From positions 119,051-183,050 of the forward strand of contig JAUXAO010000001.1 in assembly GCA_030619905.1 (NCBI GenBank): DNA of 64,000 nucleotides, in the 5' to 3' direction. The notes under the pieces were generated by a model that had not been told where the DNA came from, ran no database searches, and was given only the letters and a program-made list of their open reading frames with translations. Made by a program: the position numbers and the translations under genes. This document shows, one piece after another, positions 26,817 to 36,019 of this stretch; within the stretch, counting starts at the first letter, position 1, and every line of letters begins with the position of its first letter. Origin of the DNA: a bacterium (GTDB lineage Bacteria; Patescibacteriota; Minisyncoccia; Minisyncoccales; CG1-02-41-26).

Positions 26817-28793
26817 TTATTCAAAGTTTTTTAATTCGTCTAAACTCTTTAAACTATGAAGAGAGTTCAGGTGCAATCCTTCTTCTATTATTTTTGACAT
26901 TACAGAAGTAACGATTTCTTCTAAATCTTCTGCGACTTTCCCGGCTAACTCTTTTGAGGTTAAATCAGTTATTTTCTCTCCAATATTCCAAGCTATTTTT
27001 TTAGAAGCTTTATTTGATATTATTTCAACTATTTTTTCAGTTCTGTCTTTCAAAATAAGGAAAAAATTCTCAGATAGAGTCTTCTCAATTTTTTCTTGGA
27101 GAACTTCTTCTAGAAGAATGGTAGAAAATTGATTAATTTGTTCTGAAGATAATTTACCTTGGAGTTTTCCATTTAAAACAACGAATAATTCTTCCTTGAT
27201 TTTATTTTCTATCCTGTCTGACAATCTTTTTTCATCTGAAGAAACAAATCCAAGGGTTTGAGGCATATTCTCGGTCAGGAATCCTTTTAAACTGATATCT
27301 AAAGTATCTGTTAGAGTTAGAGATAAGGCCTGAAACATTTTATCAGGAAGAAAATTGGTCAAAGTAGGATTGATAGTATTAAGAGCTTGCTCAGGAATAG
27401 AATCATCTGATTGAATATAGAATAGCTTATCAAGGAAAGTAGCATAAACTAAATCCATTAAATCACCTGGTAAGACTTCTCCAACACTGAAAGATAAAGT
27501 ATTTCTTAGGTTATCTGGCAGCAAATCTGCTAAATTCTCTGAGAGTGAATTGCTTATCTCAAATGGTAACAGGTTGATATCAGATAAAATAGTGAAAACT
27601 TCTTCTTTTATCTCGATAAAGAAAAGGTCGCTCAATTCATTTGGCAGTTCATCAATTAAAATAGTCTCTATCTGCTCAACTGAATTAATTGGAATATTAA
27701 CTCTTGTTCCTGTTTCTCCTTTTAGCTCTTCTATGATAACGGTTGCAATCTCCTGCCCAAGAATATTAGCTATTGCCTTAGAAATCTCATCAGTAATTTG
27801 AGGCGTAGCTTCTTCAACAGATTCTTGTATAATATTATCCATTTTATCTGCAGAAGGGATTAAATCTTCGAAGTCTAGCCCGGAAAGCACCTCCTTGGTA
27901 TTTTCCCTCATGATTATATTGAGATCTTCTGGGCATTGATTGGCAATAATTAGGAATGGTTCAAGGCGTGATGACCGTCTAATTACTTGTTCATTTTCAT
28001 CATCTCCTTTGTCAAAATAAATAGAGGTAGGATCCATAGCTGCACCCTGATCTATTTTTATAGTTGGTTCAGGCCAGGTGGAGAAAGTAGTTATTGCTAA
28101 CTTCTGTTTGTAAATATTTTCAATCAAATCTTTCTTTTTGAAAAAACTCTCATAATCAATAGCTTCTGAAGGTAGATTTACCATCATTTCCACCTTTTTC
28201 AATTTTACATAATCACTAAGTAAAGAAAGTTGAGCTACTAGTATTTCTTTTTGTTGAATCTTAAGATCAGCCATTGACTTCTCAATTTCAGCGATTTTTT
28301 TATCAATACCTTCTAAGTCACAATCTCGTTCAGGGCAGGCCACGGATAAGTTGCAGCTAGAGATTTCTATTGGGCAACCCAAAGATTTTGAGCAGGTGTT
28401 TATTGACGGACAGCCTGTTGCTTGGCAACAGCATCCATCTTCACAATTAATATCCTGACAAGCTGATTTTCCGCAGAGGCAATTATTGGTAAGTTCTTTT
28501 AATTCTTGAGAGAGATTTTTTAACTCTTCTGATTTATTTCTCACTCTTTCAACTTTCTTGATAATATTTTCAAGTTTTTCCTGGGCTTTTTCATTCAAAG
28601 TAATTTCTTCAACTATCTTTCCTATTGATGTCTGAAAAAAAACAAAGTCCCTTTCTTCAGAAGGAACTTCATCTTCTTCCTGTGGCTGAATAACGGTTGG
28701 TTTATTAATAATTTTTTCTAATATTAAATAAAAAGAAAGGACGACCAAGAGTCCTAAAAAAATATAAAGAATTTGTTTTTTTGTTTTTGTCAT
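26817..28793 (-). CDS. Large anchored protein: coiled coil, a cysteine cluster, and an acidic Leu-rich repeat region
   Basis: N-terminal TM, SIGKIVEE motif, LKELTNNCLCGKSACQDINCEDGCCCQATGCPSINTCSKSLGCPIEISSCNLSVACPERDCD. This is followed by about 450 aa with recurring LPxxL/acidic motifs (ELPNELSDLF, LLPDNLRNTL, NFLPDKMFQAL). Confidence 0.7.
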   Translation of the reverse strand: MTKTKKQILYIFLGLLVVLSFYLILEKIINKPTVIQPQEEDEVPSEERDFVFFQTSIGKIVEEITLNEKAQEKLENIIKKVERVRNKSEELKNLSQELKELTNNCLCGKSACQDINCEDGCCCQATGCPSINTCSKSLGCPIEISSCNLSVACPERDCDLEGIDKKIAEIEKSMADLKIQQKEILVAQLSLLSDYVKLKKVEMMVNLPSEAIDYESFFKKKDLIENIYKQKLAITTFSTWPEPTIKIDQGAAMDPTSIYFDKGDDENEQVIRRSSRLEPFLIIANQCPEDLNIIMRENTKEVLSGLDFEDLIPSADKMDNIIQESVEEATPQITDEISKAIANILGQEIATVIIEELKGETGTRVNIPINSVEQIETILIDELPNELSDLFFIEIKEEVFTILSDINLLPFEISNSLSENLADLLPDNLRNTLSFSVGEVLPGDLMDLVYATFLDKLFYIQSDDSIPEQALNTINPTLTNFLPDKMFQALSLTLTDTLDISLKGFLTENMPQTLGFVSSDEKRLSDRIENKIKEELFVVLNGKLQGKLSSEQINQFSTILLEEVLQEKIEKTLSENFFLILKDRTEKIVEIISNKASKKIAWNIGEKITDLTSKELAGKVAEDLEEIVTSVMSKIIEEGLHLNSLHSLKSLDELKNFE

Positions 28794-28819
28794 TATAACT
28801 AGATTGCCAATTGTCTTTC

Positions 28820-29191
28820 TTAATCAGATGCTAGTTCGAATAGCACCGCTGCTATCCATAAAGGAGCAAAGCTAGAAACAACAGGAATCATTTCAAAAAT
28901 CATGCATGCAGGTTTCAACCATTTAAACTTCTTTGCAAATTTTACTGCTTTTTTTATTCCAGCAGCTGTTTTTCCAGGAACAGTTATTTTCTTTGACCTA
29001 GTATACATCCAGAGACCGATGAAAATCAGAGCAATGATGTCCAGAATAACTGAGAGGATTTGTCCAGCAACCGGTATAAGTTCAACAAAAAATTCTCCGG
29101 CATCAATAAAAACAGCGAAACTTATCATCATAACCGCTTCCGGGGTTAATAGTTTTTGTATCAGTCCTGTTGATTCTGCTTCTTGGGCCAT
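28820..29191 (-). CDS. Small three-helix membrane protein in the T4SS-like operon
   Basis: 123 aa with hydrophobic segments (AVMMISFAVFI, ILSVILDIIALIFIGLWMY, VVSSFAPLWIAAVLF) and a basic loop KKAVKFAKKFKW. The gap to virB4 is 1 nt. Confidence 0.6.
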   Translation of the reverse strand: MAQEAESTGLIQKLLTPEAVMMISFAVFIDAGEFFVELIPVAGQILSVILDIIALIFIGLWMYTRSKKITVPGKTAAGIKKAVKFAKKFKWLKPACMIFEMIPVVSSFAPLWIAAVLFELASD

Positions 29192-29192
29192 T

Positions 29193-30977
29193 TTATGATA
29201 TTATTTTTTTGGCTTTTTTTATAGCTAGTACTTGTTCAGGTGAGGTTGTAATTATTTGGTCTTCAGTGTAAGAGGCAGTGATTTTAATAGCAATATGTTT
29301 CTGTCCAGCAAAGAAGACTCCTTCACCCACAGATGATTCAAGCAAAAGATATTTTTCTTGGTCAGTTAAATTAAAGGTTTTTTGGACATCATTCACAATA
29401 GCCGGGCTCTGTTTCATTAGAAGCTGTAAAGACGAATTAGTAATAATCGGCTGTCCGTAAGAGGATTTCATAAAATCGGAGACATCTTGAGTGATTGTGG
29501 ATACCCCTAGCCAGTATTTTCTTGCTCTTTTACAAATACCATATAGAAATGAAGCGCCGTCCTCAGATTGCATTATCCACCAGGCCTCATCGACAACTAA
29601 AATTCTTTTTTTCAGAGAAGAACGGACTATATTCCAGATATATCTTAAAATTATGAACATTGCTATTGGCCTTAATTCTTCCTCCATATCTCTTATCCCA
29701 AAAACCACAAACTTGTTTTCCATAGAAATATTTGAAGGCTGGTTAAAGAAATCAGCATAACTGCCTTTGGTAAATTTTCTTACTCTTTCGACTAAGGATT
29801 CTGTTCCTTTCATACTTTCTAGAACAGCTTCAAAATCAGAAAGTAAAGGAATATTTTTTTGCCAATTTAGAGGATCGCTTTCCGGAGTAATATCTTTAGC
29901 AGCGTAGGTTTCAGTTAATGCCTGGTCAATAATAGCGTCTTCTCTTGGAGTTAATCCTCCTAACATGATTCTTAAAAGTCCGACTAAGTTTATAACATTT
30001 GATTTTAAAACATTTGCTGGTTTTTCATCCTCCCTGGGTATAGGCAGATCAAAAGGGTTGATGTGATCAGGAGATGTTAAAGAGATTTTGAAGTAAGAAC
30101 CTCCAACTGCATCGGACAAAAACTTGTATTCATTTTCCGGATCAATTATTATTGTATCTACTCCTTGCATCAAATATCTTAAGATTTCCAGTTTAACAGC
30201 ATAAGATTTACCACTACCGGCTTTTCCAAAGGTTACCATGTTTGCGTTTTCCAGAGTAAATCTATCAAATAAAACTAGAGAATTGTTATGCATATTTATT
30301 CCATAGAGAATGCCTTCGTTGGCGCTGAGATCAGAAGAAATAAAAGGAAATGTGCTTGATAAGGGAGCCGTGTTCATTGTGGTATGGACTGCAAGTTTGT
30401 CTAAACCATATGGGCTGCAGCTGACAAAACCTTCTTTTTGACGGAAAAGAGCTGGTCTTATATAAATTAGACGAGCTTCAAAAATTGATCGGAGTACAGT
30501 TTCAATTTTTCTCAATTCTTTTTGGGCATTAGCATAAACTGTAATATAAAGACCAAACTTAAAAATTCTCTCTCTAGCTGTTTGGAGGCTGTCTCTTAGG
30601 GTCTCTATATCTTGATAGGCAGTTTCTAAAATAGGATCGCGAATTAATCCTTTTTCTTGCCTTTCCATCATTTCTGCCTGGACTTCAGTTATCTTCTTTC
30701 GTAGTTTTTTCAGTACTGTTTCAGATCTTACTGGATGGATATGAAAGGAAATATCCATAGGGTATTGGAGATTTATCACCGGAGAAAGCCAGCCGGTTGA
30801 AAGATATCTTGGATAAGAGAAAATAAAAAAAGATTTAGAAAAACGCTCCCCCAGTCTTAAAAAATTTTGTCTTGCCTCAACTGAAGAAGGAGCAATAATA
30901 TCCTCGAGATTAATGAGGCTAGGTTCTAATCCTGTTTCTCCAATTTCTTCTTTTTTCTTTAAAAAAGGCAGCTTCAT
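29193..30977 (-). CDS. virB4: VirB4/TraC-type type IV secretion ATPase
   Basis: Walker A TFGKAGSGKSY, Walker B RILVVDEAWW, downstream RARKYWLGVSTITQDVSDF and NSSLQLLMKQ motifs. N-terminal VirB4-type domain (FSYPRYLSTGWLSPV). Confidence 0.88.
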   Translation of the reverse strand: MKLPFLKKKEEIGETGLEPSLINLEDIIAPSSVEARQNFLRLGERFSKSFFIFSYPRYLSTGWLSPVINLQYPMDISFHIHPVRSETVLKKLRKKITEVQAEMMERQEKGLIRDPILETAYQDIETLRDSLQTARERIFKFGLYITVYANAQKELRKIETVLRSIFEARLIYIRPALFRQKEGFVSCSPYGLDKLAVHTTMNTAPLSSTFPFISSDLSANEGILYGINMHNNSLVLFDRFTLENANMVTFGKAGSGKSYAVKLEILRYLMQGVDTIIIDPENEYKFLSDAVGGSYFKISLTSPDHINPFDLPIPREDEKPANVLKSNVINLVGLLRIMLGGLTPREDAIIDQALTETYAAKDITPESDPLNWQKNIPLLSDFEAVLESMKGTESLVERVRKFTKGSYADFFNQPSNISMENKFVVFGIRDMEEELRPIAMFIILRYIWNIVRSSLKKRILVVDEAWWIMQSEDGASFLYGICKRARKYWLGVSTITQDVSDFMKSSYGQPIITNSSLQLLMKQSPAIVNDVQKTFNLTDQEKYLLLESSVGEGVFFAGQKHIAIKITASYTEDQIITTSPEQVLAIKKAKKIIS

Positions 30978-30982
30978 ATTGT

Positions 30983-31630
30983 TTATTTAATGAGTTCAGG
31001 TAAAATTTCCGGATAGTAACCTACTTCAGCTTCTTTTGGATGGTGCCAGCTCCAAAAAAGCTCAATTAATTCAGGTGTTGTTAAAGGAATAGCCGATAAT
31101 CCGCATCTTCTCAGGCCAATAGCTACAAATTCCATTCTTTGCCAGAGCTGACTTCGGCAACGTTTAAAGTTCTCTTCATTAATAGCTGGTAATTCTGACT
31201 TATGGAGAAATCCTTTAATCAAACTTTTGCTGGTATCTTTTACTTCTCCCAGGGAGTAAGGGATAACCACGAAGAAAATTTTCCTCATAATTGTTTCCTC
31301 TTCAACCAAACTTTCGATAAACTTTCTATATTCAGTTGTCTGAATTTTTAAAAGCTCATTTTTCTGTTCTTTTTCCAATTCTCTTAATTTATCAAAATAA
31401 CCGGTAATATTAGTTCTACGAGATTGAATAATGATTTGGCAGGAGAAATCCAAAGAATTCAAAAAAGATTGGAATTGATAAGTGATAGCTGTTTGTTCTT
31501 CTTCTGATTTTAAGGCGAAATTTAGAGATGAGACCATTAAAACACTTCTAAAAGTCCTATTTTTTAAGACAATAGTCCCGTTTCTAATTTCACTAAATTG
31601 CAAAAATTGTTGAGTTGATAAACCAGCCAT
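30983..31630 (-). CDS. T4SS-associated protein resembling the N-terminal domain of Gram-positive VirB4/TraC ATPases (no NTPase motifs)
   Basis: IRNGTIVLKNRTFRSVLMVSSLNFALKSEEEQTAITYQFQSFLNSLDFSCQIIIQSRR matches the pattern at the start of Firmicute VirB4-like proteins. No Walker motifs. Sits between the prgI-like and virB4 genes. Confidence 0.4.
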   Translation of the reverse strand: MAGLSTQQFLQFSEIRNGTIVLKNRTFRSVLMVSSLNFALKSEEEQTAITYQFQSFLNSLDFSCQIIIQSRRTNITGYFDKLRELEKEQKNELLKIQTTEYRKFIESLVEEETIMRKIFFVVIPYSLGEVKDTSKSLIKGFLHKSELPAINEENFKRCRSQLWQRMEFVAIGLRRCGLSAIPLTTPELIELFWSWHHPKEAEVGYYPEILPELIK

Positions 31631-31635
31631 AACTT

Positions 31636-32070
31636 TTAATAATTTCCTCTAATTCTTGAATGTAGTTCTCTCAGGCTACTTTTAGGAGAAACCTTCAGAG
31701 AGATTTCTTTTTCTTTTTTCTCCTTCTTTTTGGGCATAATTTTAATTGGTTTTAAACTTTCTTTTTTTTGCCAAAGATACATCTTTGAAGAAAAAGTAAA
31801 TCCAAATGATTGACCAATTACTTCAGGTAATGGTACTCCTTCAATCTTTACAAAAGCCAAGCTAGCAGCTAAGGCCACCAAAAGGATAAGGCAGATTAAA
31901 AAAATATGAAATGGGGCAACAAAGTGGATGTAAGCCAAAATTAAAGCGGCTATTCCAAAATAAAGAAATTGTTTAAAGATTAATGGGCCAATAATTAGTG
32001 GTTCTCTTTCTAAGAATTTTGGTACCTTAAATTGCATATATTTTATTTTATCATATTTTATTATAAACAA
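31636..32070 (-). CDS. PrgI-family (VirB3-like) T4SS membrane protein
   Basis: FKVPKFLEREPLIIGPLIFKQFLYFGIAALILAY followed by a second TM helix. Size and position immediately upstream of VirB4 are typical of PrgI/VirB3. Confidence 0.6.
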   Translation of the reverse strand: MFIIKYDKIKYMQFKVPKFLEREPLIIGPLIFKQFLYFGIAALILAYIHFVAPFHIFLICLILLVALAASLAFVKIEGVPLPEVIGQSFGFTFSSKMYLWQKKESLKPIKIMPKKKEKKEKEISLKVSPKSSLRELHSRIRGNY

Positions 32071-32168
32071 GAATAGTAGTCATATAAAATCTAGAATATA
32101 GAGTTTATGAAAAAAGCAAAAAGTGGATTAGACTTGTCTCTAATCAGAACTCAGGTTAAGATAGAATA

Positions 32169-32552
32169 ATGAAAAAGATATTAATTATTGAGGATGAGAA
32201 AATTCTAGTTGAAATGTACAAAAGCAAGCTTGAAGCGAATAACTTTGAAGTCATTTCAGCTTTTTCTTCAGAAGAAGGCATTAGGATATTAAGAAAAGAA
32301 AAACCAGACCTGGTTATTTTAGATATTTTACTACCCAAAGAAAACGGTATTACTTTTTTAGAAAAGATTGAGAAGATAAAAATTATACCTGGTGTGCGGA
32401 TAATTGTTTTTTCAAATTATGACGATCCAGAAACGAGAAAGAAAGCATTCAAATTAGGGGTAGAGGACTATTTAATTAAAACTCAGTTTACCCCTCGGGA
32501 ATTTTTAGAAAAAGTTAAAGAATATTTTAAAAAAAAGCCAAGAGTAAAATGA
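32169..32552 (+). CDS. Stand-alone response-regulator receiver domain
   Basis: IIEDE acidic pocket, phospho-acceptor context LVILDILLP, FSN, and DYLIKT lysine; 127 aa with no output domain. Confidence 0.88.
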   Translation: MKKILIIEDEKILVEMYKSKLEANNFEVISAFSSEEGIRILRKEKPDLVILDILLPKENGITFLEKIEKIKIIPGVRIIVFSNYDDPETRKKAFKLGVEDYLIKTQFTPREFLEKVKEYFKKKPRVK

Positions 32553-33526
32553 ATCAAAAGAAACGTTTTCTCATTATTGATGCTAATGCTTTAATTCATC
32601 GTGCTTATCATGCCTTACCGCCCCTGAGGAACAGGAAAGGAGAATTGATTAATGCCATCTATGGATTTTGTTCGATTTTTTTTAAAGTTCTGAAGGAATT
32701 AGAGCCAGATTTCATTATTGCTGCTTTTGATTTACCATTTCCTACTTTTCGGCATAAAAAATTCAAAGGATACAAAATTAAAAGACCAAAGACTCCAGAG
32801 GAATTATCTCAACAGATCCTTAAAGTAAAAGATCTTCTAAAAGAATTTGACATCCCAGTTCTTGAAAAACAAGGATTCGAAGCAGACGATATTATTGGAA
32901 CAGTTTCTCGATTGGTTTTGAAAAAAGAGACAAAGTCACAAATAGAAAATATTATTCTAACTGGAGATGCTGACCTTTTCCAATTAGTGAGCCCAGACAC
33001 TAAAGTCTATTTTTTAAAAAAAGGAATTAAAAATACTGTTCTTTATAATAAAGAGCTCGTCAAAGAAAGATATCAAGGACTAGATCCAGAAGAATTAGTT
33101 GATTTTAAGGCTCTAAAAGGTGATCCTTCAGATAATATTCCCGGTGTTCCCGGAATCGGAGAGAAAACAGCTATGGAATTAATTAAAAGATTTGGAAGTC
33201 TAGAAAACTTGTATTCTGCCCTGGATCAAGAGCCAACATCAAAAACAAACTCAATTGATTTAAATCAGCGCATCCGAGATTTACTTCAAGAACACAAAGA
33301 AAAAGCCTTTTTTAGCAGAAGTTTAGTCCAAATAGAAAGAAATGTTCCGATTGATTTTAACTTAGAGAAATGCCAATGGGAAGATGGCGATAGAGAAAAG
33401 GTGATACAATCTATAAAAGAACTAGGATTTCGAAGTTTAATTAAACGCCTGCCTAATTTTAAAAAGTCAGAACAAAATGATAATATAAAAGAAGAAAAGG
33501 TCGATTGTCAAAGAAAATTATTCTAA
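32549..33526 (+). CDS. Stand-alone 5'-3' exonuclease / flap endonuclease (Pol I N-terminal domain type)
   Basis: LIIDANALIHRAYHA, EADDIIGT, GDADLFQLV, and H3TH GVPGIGEKTA motifs. Its start overlaps the receiver gene stop (ATGA). Confidence 0.9.
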   Translation: MNQKKRFLIIDANALIHRAYHALPPLRNRKGELINAIYGFCSIFFKVLKELEPDFIIAAFDLPFPTFRHKKFKGYKIKRPKTPEELSQQILKVKDLLKEFDIPVLEKQGFEADDIIGTVSRLVLKKETKSQIENIILTGDADLFQLVSPDTKVYFLKKGIKNTVLYNKELVKERYQGLDPEELVDFKALKGDPSDNIPGVPGIGEKTAMELIKRFGSLENLYSALDQEPTSKTNSIDLNQRIRDLLQEHKEKAFFSRSLVQIERNVPIDFNLEKCQWEDGDREKVIQSIKELGFRSLIKRLPNFKKSEQNDNIKEEKVDCQRKLF

Positions 33527-33540
33527 GACTGTAAAATAAT

Positions 33541-34680
33541 ATGCAAAAAAAAGTTTTAATTTTATTAATCGGACTAACCATAGCGTTGTCAATAATATTG
33601 ATATTCCTAATTAGATATTCACCAGAAGTTGGTCGACAATATGAAGAAATCAGCAGCATTACAATGGTCACAGATGTTGGTGGACTAGGAGATAAATCCT
33701 TTAATGATGCTGGTTGGAATGGAGTTCAGATGGCTAGTAAAGGGTTGGGTATAAAAGCAAATGTTATCCAAAAAATGGAAGAAGAAGATCTTGTGACCAA
33801 TGTTTCACGAGCAGCCGAGGCTTCTGACATAGTGGTTGGCATGGGGTTTATGATAAAAGATGCGATAGCTATAAATGCTTCTTTGTACCCTGATACATAT
33901 TTCATATTGATTGATGAAGATGCGGGTGATTTCCCAAACGTAGCTTCTTATCTTTTCTATTCATGTCAGAGTGGTTATTTAGCTGGAATAATTGCTGCTT
34001 CTGTTTCAGAAACTGGGAAAATCGGCGTAGTAAAAGGGATGGATGTTTCTTCTGTTTTAACTTATGTTGCTGGATTTAAAGCAGGAGCTAAGACCTGGAA
34101 TGAATTTAAAGGAGAAAAGGTTGAAGTTTTAACTAAAACAGCAGGCACTTTTATTGATTCAGCAAAAGGCAGAGCATTAACTAAATCGCTAATTGACGAA
34201 GGTGTTGATATAATATTTGATGTAGCTGGAGCTACTGGGATAGGGGTATATGAGGTTGTTCAGGAGTCTAATAGAGCAGAGGGGATAACTGAGGAGGAAA
34301 TAAGAACAGGTTTAAAAAGACCTAAATATTTTGCTGTTGGTGTAGATGTAGACCATGATGAGATGTATCCAGGAGAAGTTTTAGTTAGCGCTTTAAAGAG
34401 AATGTCAGAGACAATATATAGTGCTGTTGAAGACATTACTAAAAACGGTTTTAAAGGAGGTCTGCATTTAGTTGATTTTAAAGACGGGTTTACTGGAATC
34501 AGTGATATGAAATATACTAAACAGTATGTTCCAGAGCAGGCTTTGAAATTAGTTGAAAAGGCAGAAGAGTTAATGATGAACAGAGACGAGAGATTACTTA
34601 TTCCTTCAGGCCTAACAGACGTTGATGAATATCTAGATAGTTTCGAGGTTCCAGAAGAATTGTTAAAAATAATTAATTAA
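33541..34680 (+). CDS. BMP/PnrA/Med-family periplasmic-type substrate-binding protein, TM-anchored
   Basis: VTDVGGLGDKSFNDAGWNG signature plus GYLAGIIAA. N-terminal TM anchor with no lipobox Cys. No ABC permease or ATPase genes nearby. Confidence 0.8.
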   Translation: MQKKVLILLIGLTIALSIILIFLIRYSPEVGRQYEEISSITMVTDVGGLGDKSFNDAGWNGVQMASKGLGIKANVIQKMEEEDLVTNVSRAAEASDIVVGMGFMIKDAIAINASLYPDTYFILIDEDAGDFPNVASYLFYSCQSGYLAGIIAASVSETGKIGVVKGMDVSSVLTYVAGFKAGAKTWNEFKGEKVEVLTKTAGTFIDSAKGRALTKSLIDEGVDIIFDVAGATGIGVYEVVQESNRAEGITEEEIRTGLKRPKYFAVGVDVDHDEMYPGEVLVSALKRMSETIYSAVEDITKNGFKGGLHLVDFKDGFTGISDMKYTKQYVPEQALKLVEKAEELMMNRDERLLIPSGLTDVDEYLDSFEVPEELLKIIN

Positions 34681-34695
34681 GTTCTAAGAAGAAAA

Positions 34696-35970
34696 ATGAA
34701 GATATTCCTTAGAGAAAAATTTTTTATTGCTTTTTTCATATTAGTTTTGGCTCCTTTAGTGACGGTCAGTCTTTTCTCTTATTTAAATACTCGTAAATTT
34801 CTAATGGAAAGCATTAAAGATTATAATAAGCTTCTTATCCAGAGTATGATTGTGGGGGTAGAAGATGTAGTCTTAAATTACAAAAATTTATCCCAGTCCA
34901 CTCTCAATAACGTCGGCTTTTTTGAAACAATTGAAGAGAAAAAAGAATTCCTTTTAGAAAATAAAAAAAAGTATCCTTATAATATAAAATTTTTATCTGT
35001 TCTGGACAAATCAGGTAAAGAAATAGTCCGCAGCGATGGCCGTTCTTTAGAAGACAAAAGTGATAAGCCGGAATTTTATCAAATTAAGGAAAAGAAAAAA
35101 GATTATTATGTTGCTTGGTTAAATTTTAATCCTGTAGTCGGAATATCTACAGTTATTATTTCCGTACCTCTTTTTGAAGAAAATGAATTTCAAGGAGCTT
35201 TAATCTCAGAAGTATTCCTCTCTGATATTTGGAGCAAAATGGTAGTCGGCTATACTTCACCTAAAGACAATATTTATCTCTTGACTCAAAAAGGAGAACC
35301 AGTGGCAGAAATTCTTGCTGCTTCAAAAGATTTTCGTTCAGACGACCTTAAAGAAATTGCTCAAGGATTGGCTGAGGAAAAAAAGATTGTTATTCAAGAA
35401 ATAGATACGGAATCCGGACAGATGTTGTTTATTGCCGATTTTCTTCCTATGTTTGACTGGGAATTGGTAGTTTTTAGGCAAGTATCAGAAATTTATGAAC
35501 CAGCTTCAATCTTGGCAAGTAATCTAATACTCATTACACTTGTTACTTTAATCTTTATTTTTATGGTTTCCGTATTTTTTTCTCGATTGATTGTTAATCC
35601 CATTAAAAAGCTTCAAGGAGGGGTTGAGATCATCAGAAGAGGGAAACTAGGTTATCGAGTGGACATTCGAACCAATGATGAAATTGAGGAATTAGGAAAA
35701 GCATTCAATAGAATGGCGGAGGAATTGAGTAGATATCACTCTGCTTTAGAAGAGTCTAAAATAGTTTTACAGATAAAAGTAAAAGCAAGAACCAGAGAAT
35801 TAGAAGAGTTATCTAAAAGTTTAGAGGATAAAGTCAAAGAAAGAACAAGAGAACTAGAAGAGAGATTGAGTGAATTAGAAAAATTTCATAAATTAACTGT
35901 GGGAAGGGAATTAAAAATGATGGAGTTAAAAAAAGAATTAGAAGAGTTAAAAAGAAAAAATAAAGGTTAA
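34696..35970 (+). CDS. Membrane sensor: Cache-like ectodomain, TM, HAMP and coiled coil, with no catalytic output domain
   Basis: Two TM helices flank a roughly 250-aa ectodomain. HAMP (IVNPIKKLQGGVEIIRRGKLGYRVDIRTNDEIEELGKAFNRMAEEL). The protein ends in the coiled coil KVKERTRELEERLSELEKFHKLTVGRELKMMELKKELEELK. Confidence 0.75.
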   Translation: MKIFLREKFFIAFFILVLAPLVTVSLFSYLNTRKFLMESIKDYNKLLIQSMIVGVEDVVLNYKNLSQSTLNNVGFFETIEEKKEFLLENKKKYPYNIKFLSVLDKSGKEIVRSDGRSLEDKSDKPEFYQIKEKKKDYYVAWLNFNPVVGISTVIISVPLFEENEFQGALISEVFLSDIWSKMVVGYTSPKDNIYLLTQKGEPVAEILAASKDFRSDDLKEIAQGLAEEKKIVIQEIDTESGQMLFIADFLPMFDWELVVFRQVSEIYEPASILASNLILITLVTLIFIFMVSVFFSRLIVNPIKKLQGGVEIIRRGKLGYRVDIRTNDEIEELGKAFNRMAEELSRYHSALEESKIVLQIKVKARTRELEELSKSLEDKVKERTRELEERLSELEKFHKLTVGRELKMMELKKELEELKRKNKG

Positions 35971-36019
35971 AAAGTCGAAAAAAATATTTATAACTTGAGG
36001 TGATTACAAATTCATAATT

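Noticed and set aside
24988-32070. Integrative conjugative element or prophage as the explanation for the VirB4 locus
   Set aside because: There is no integrase, relaxase, coupling protein, replication module or flanking direct repeats. The locus abuts jag/yidC on one side and a sensory operon on the other. It is better described as a chromosomal T4SS-like apparatus, although genes outside the window could change this.
32107-32169. 20-codon upstream ORF (MKKAKSGLDLSLIRTQVKIE) whose TAA overlaps the receiver gene ATG
   Set aside because: An open frame of this length is not improbable by chance in this composition, and nothing supports a leader peptide. It is noted only as a possibility.
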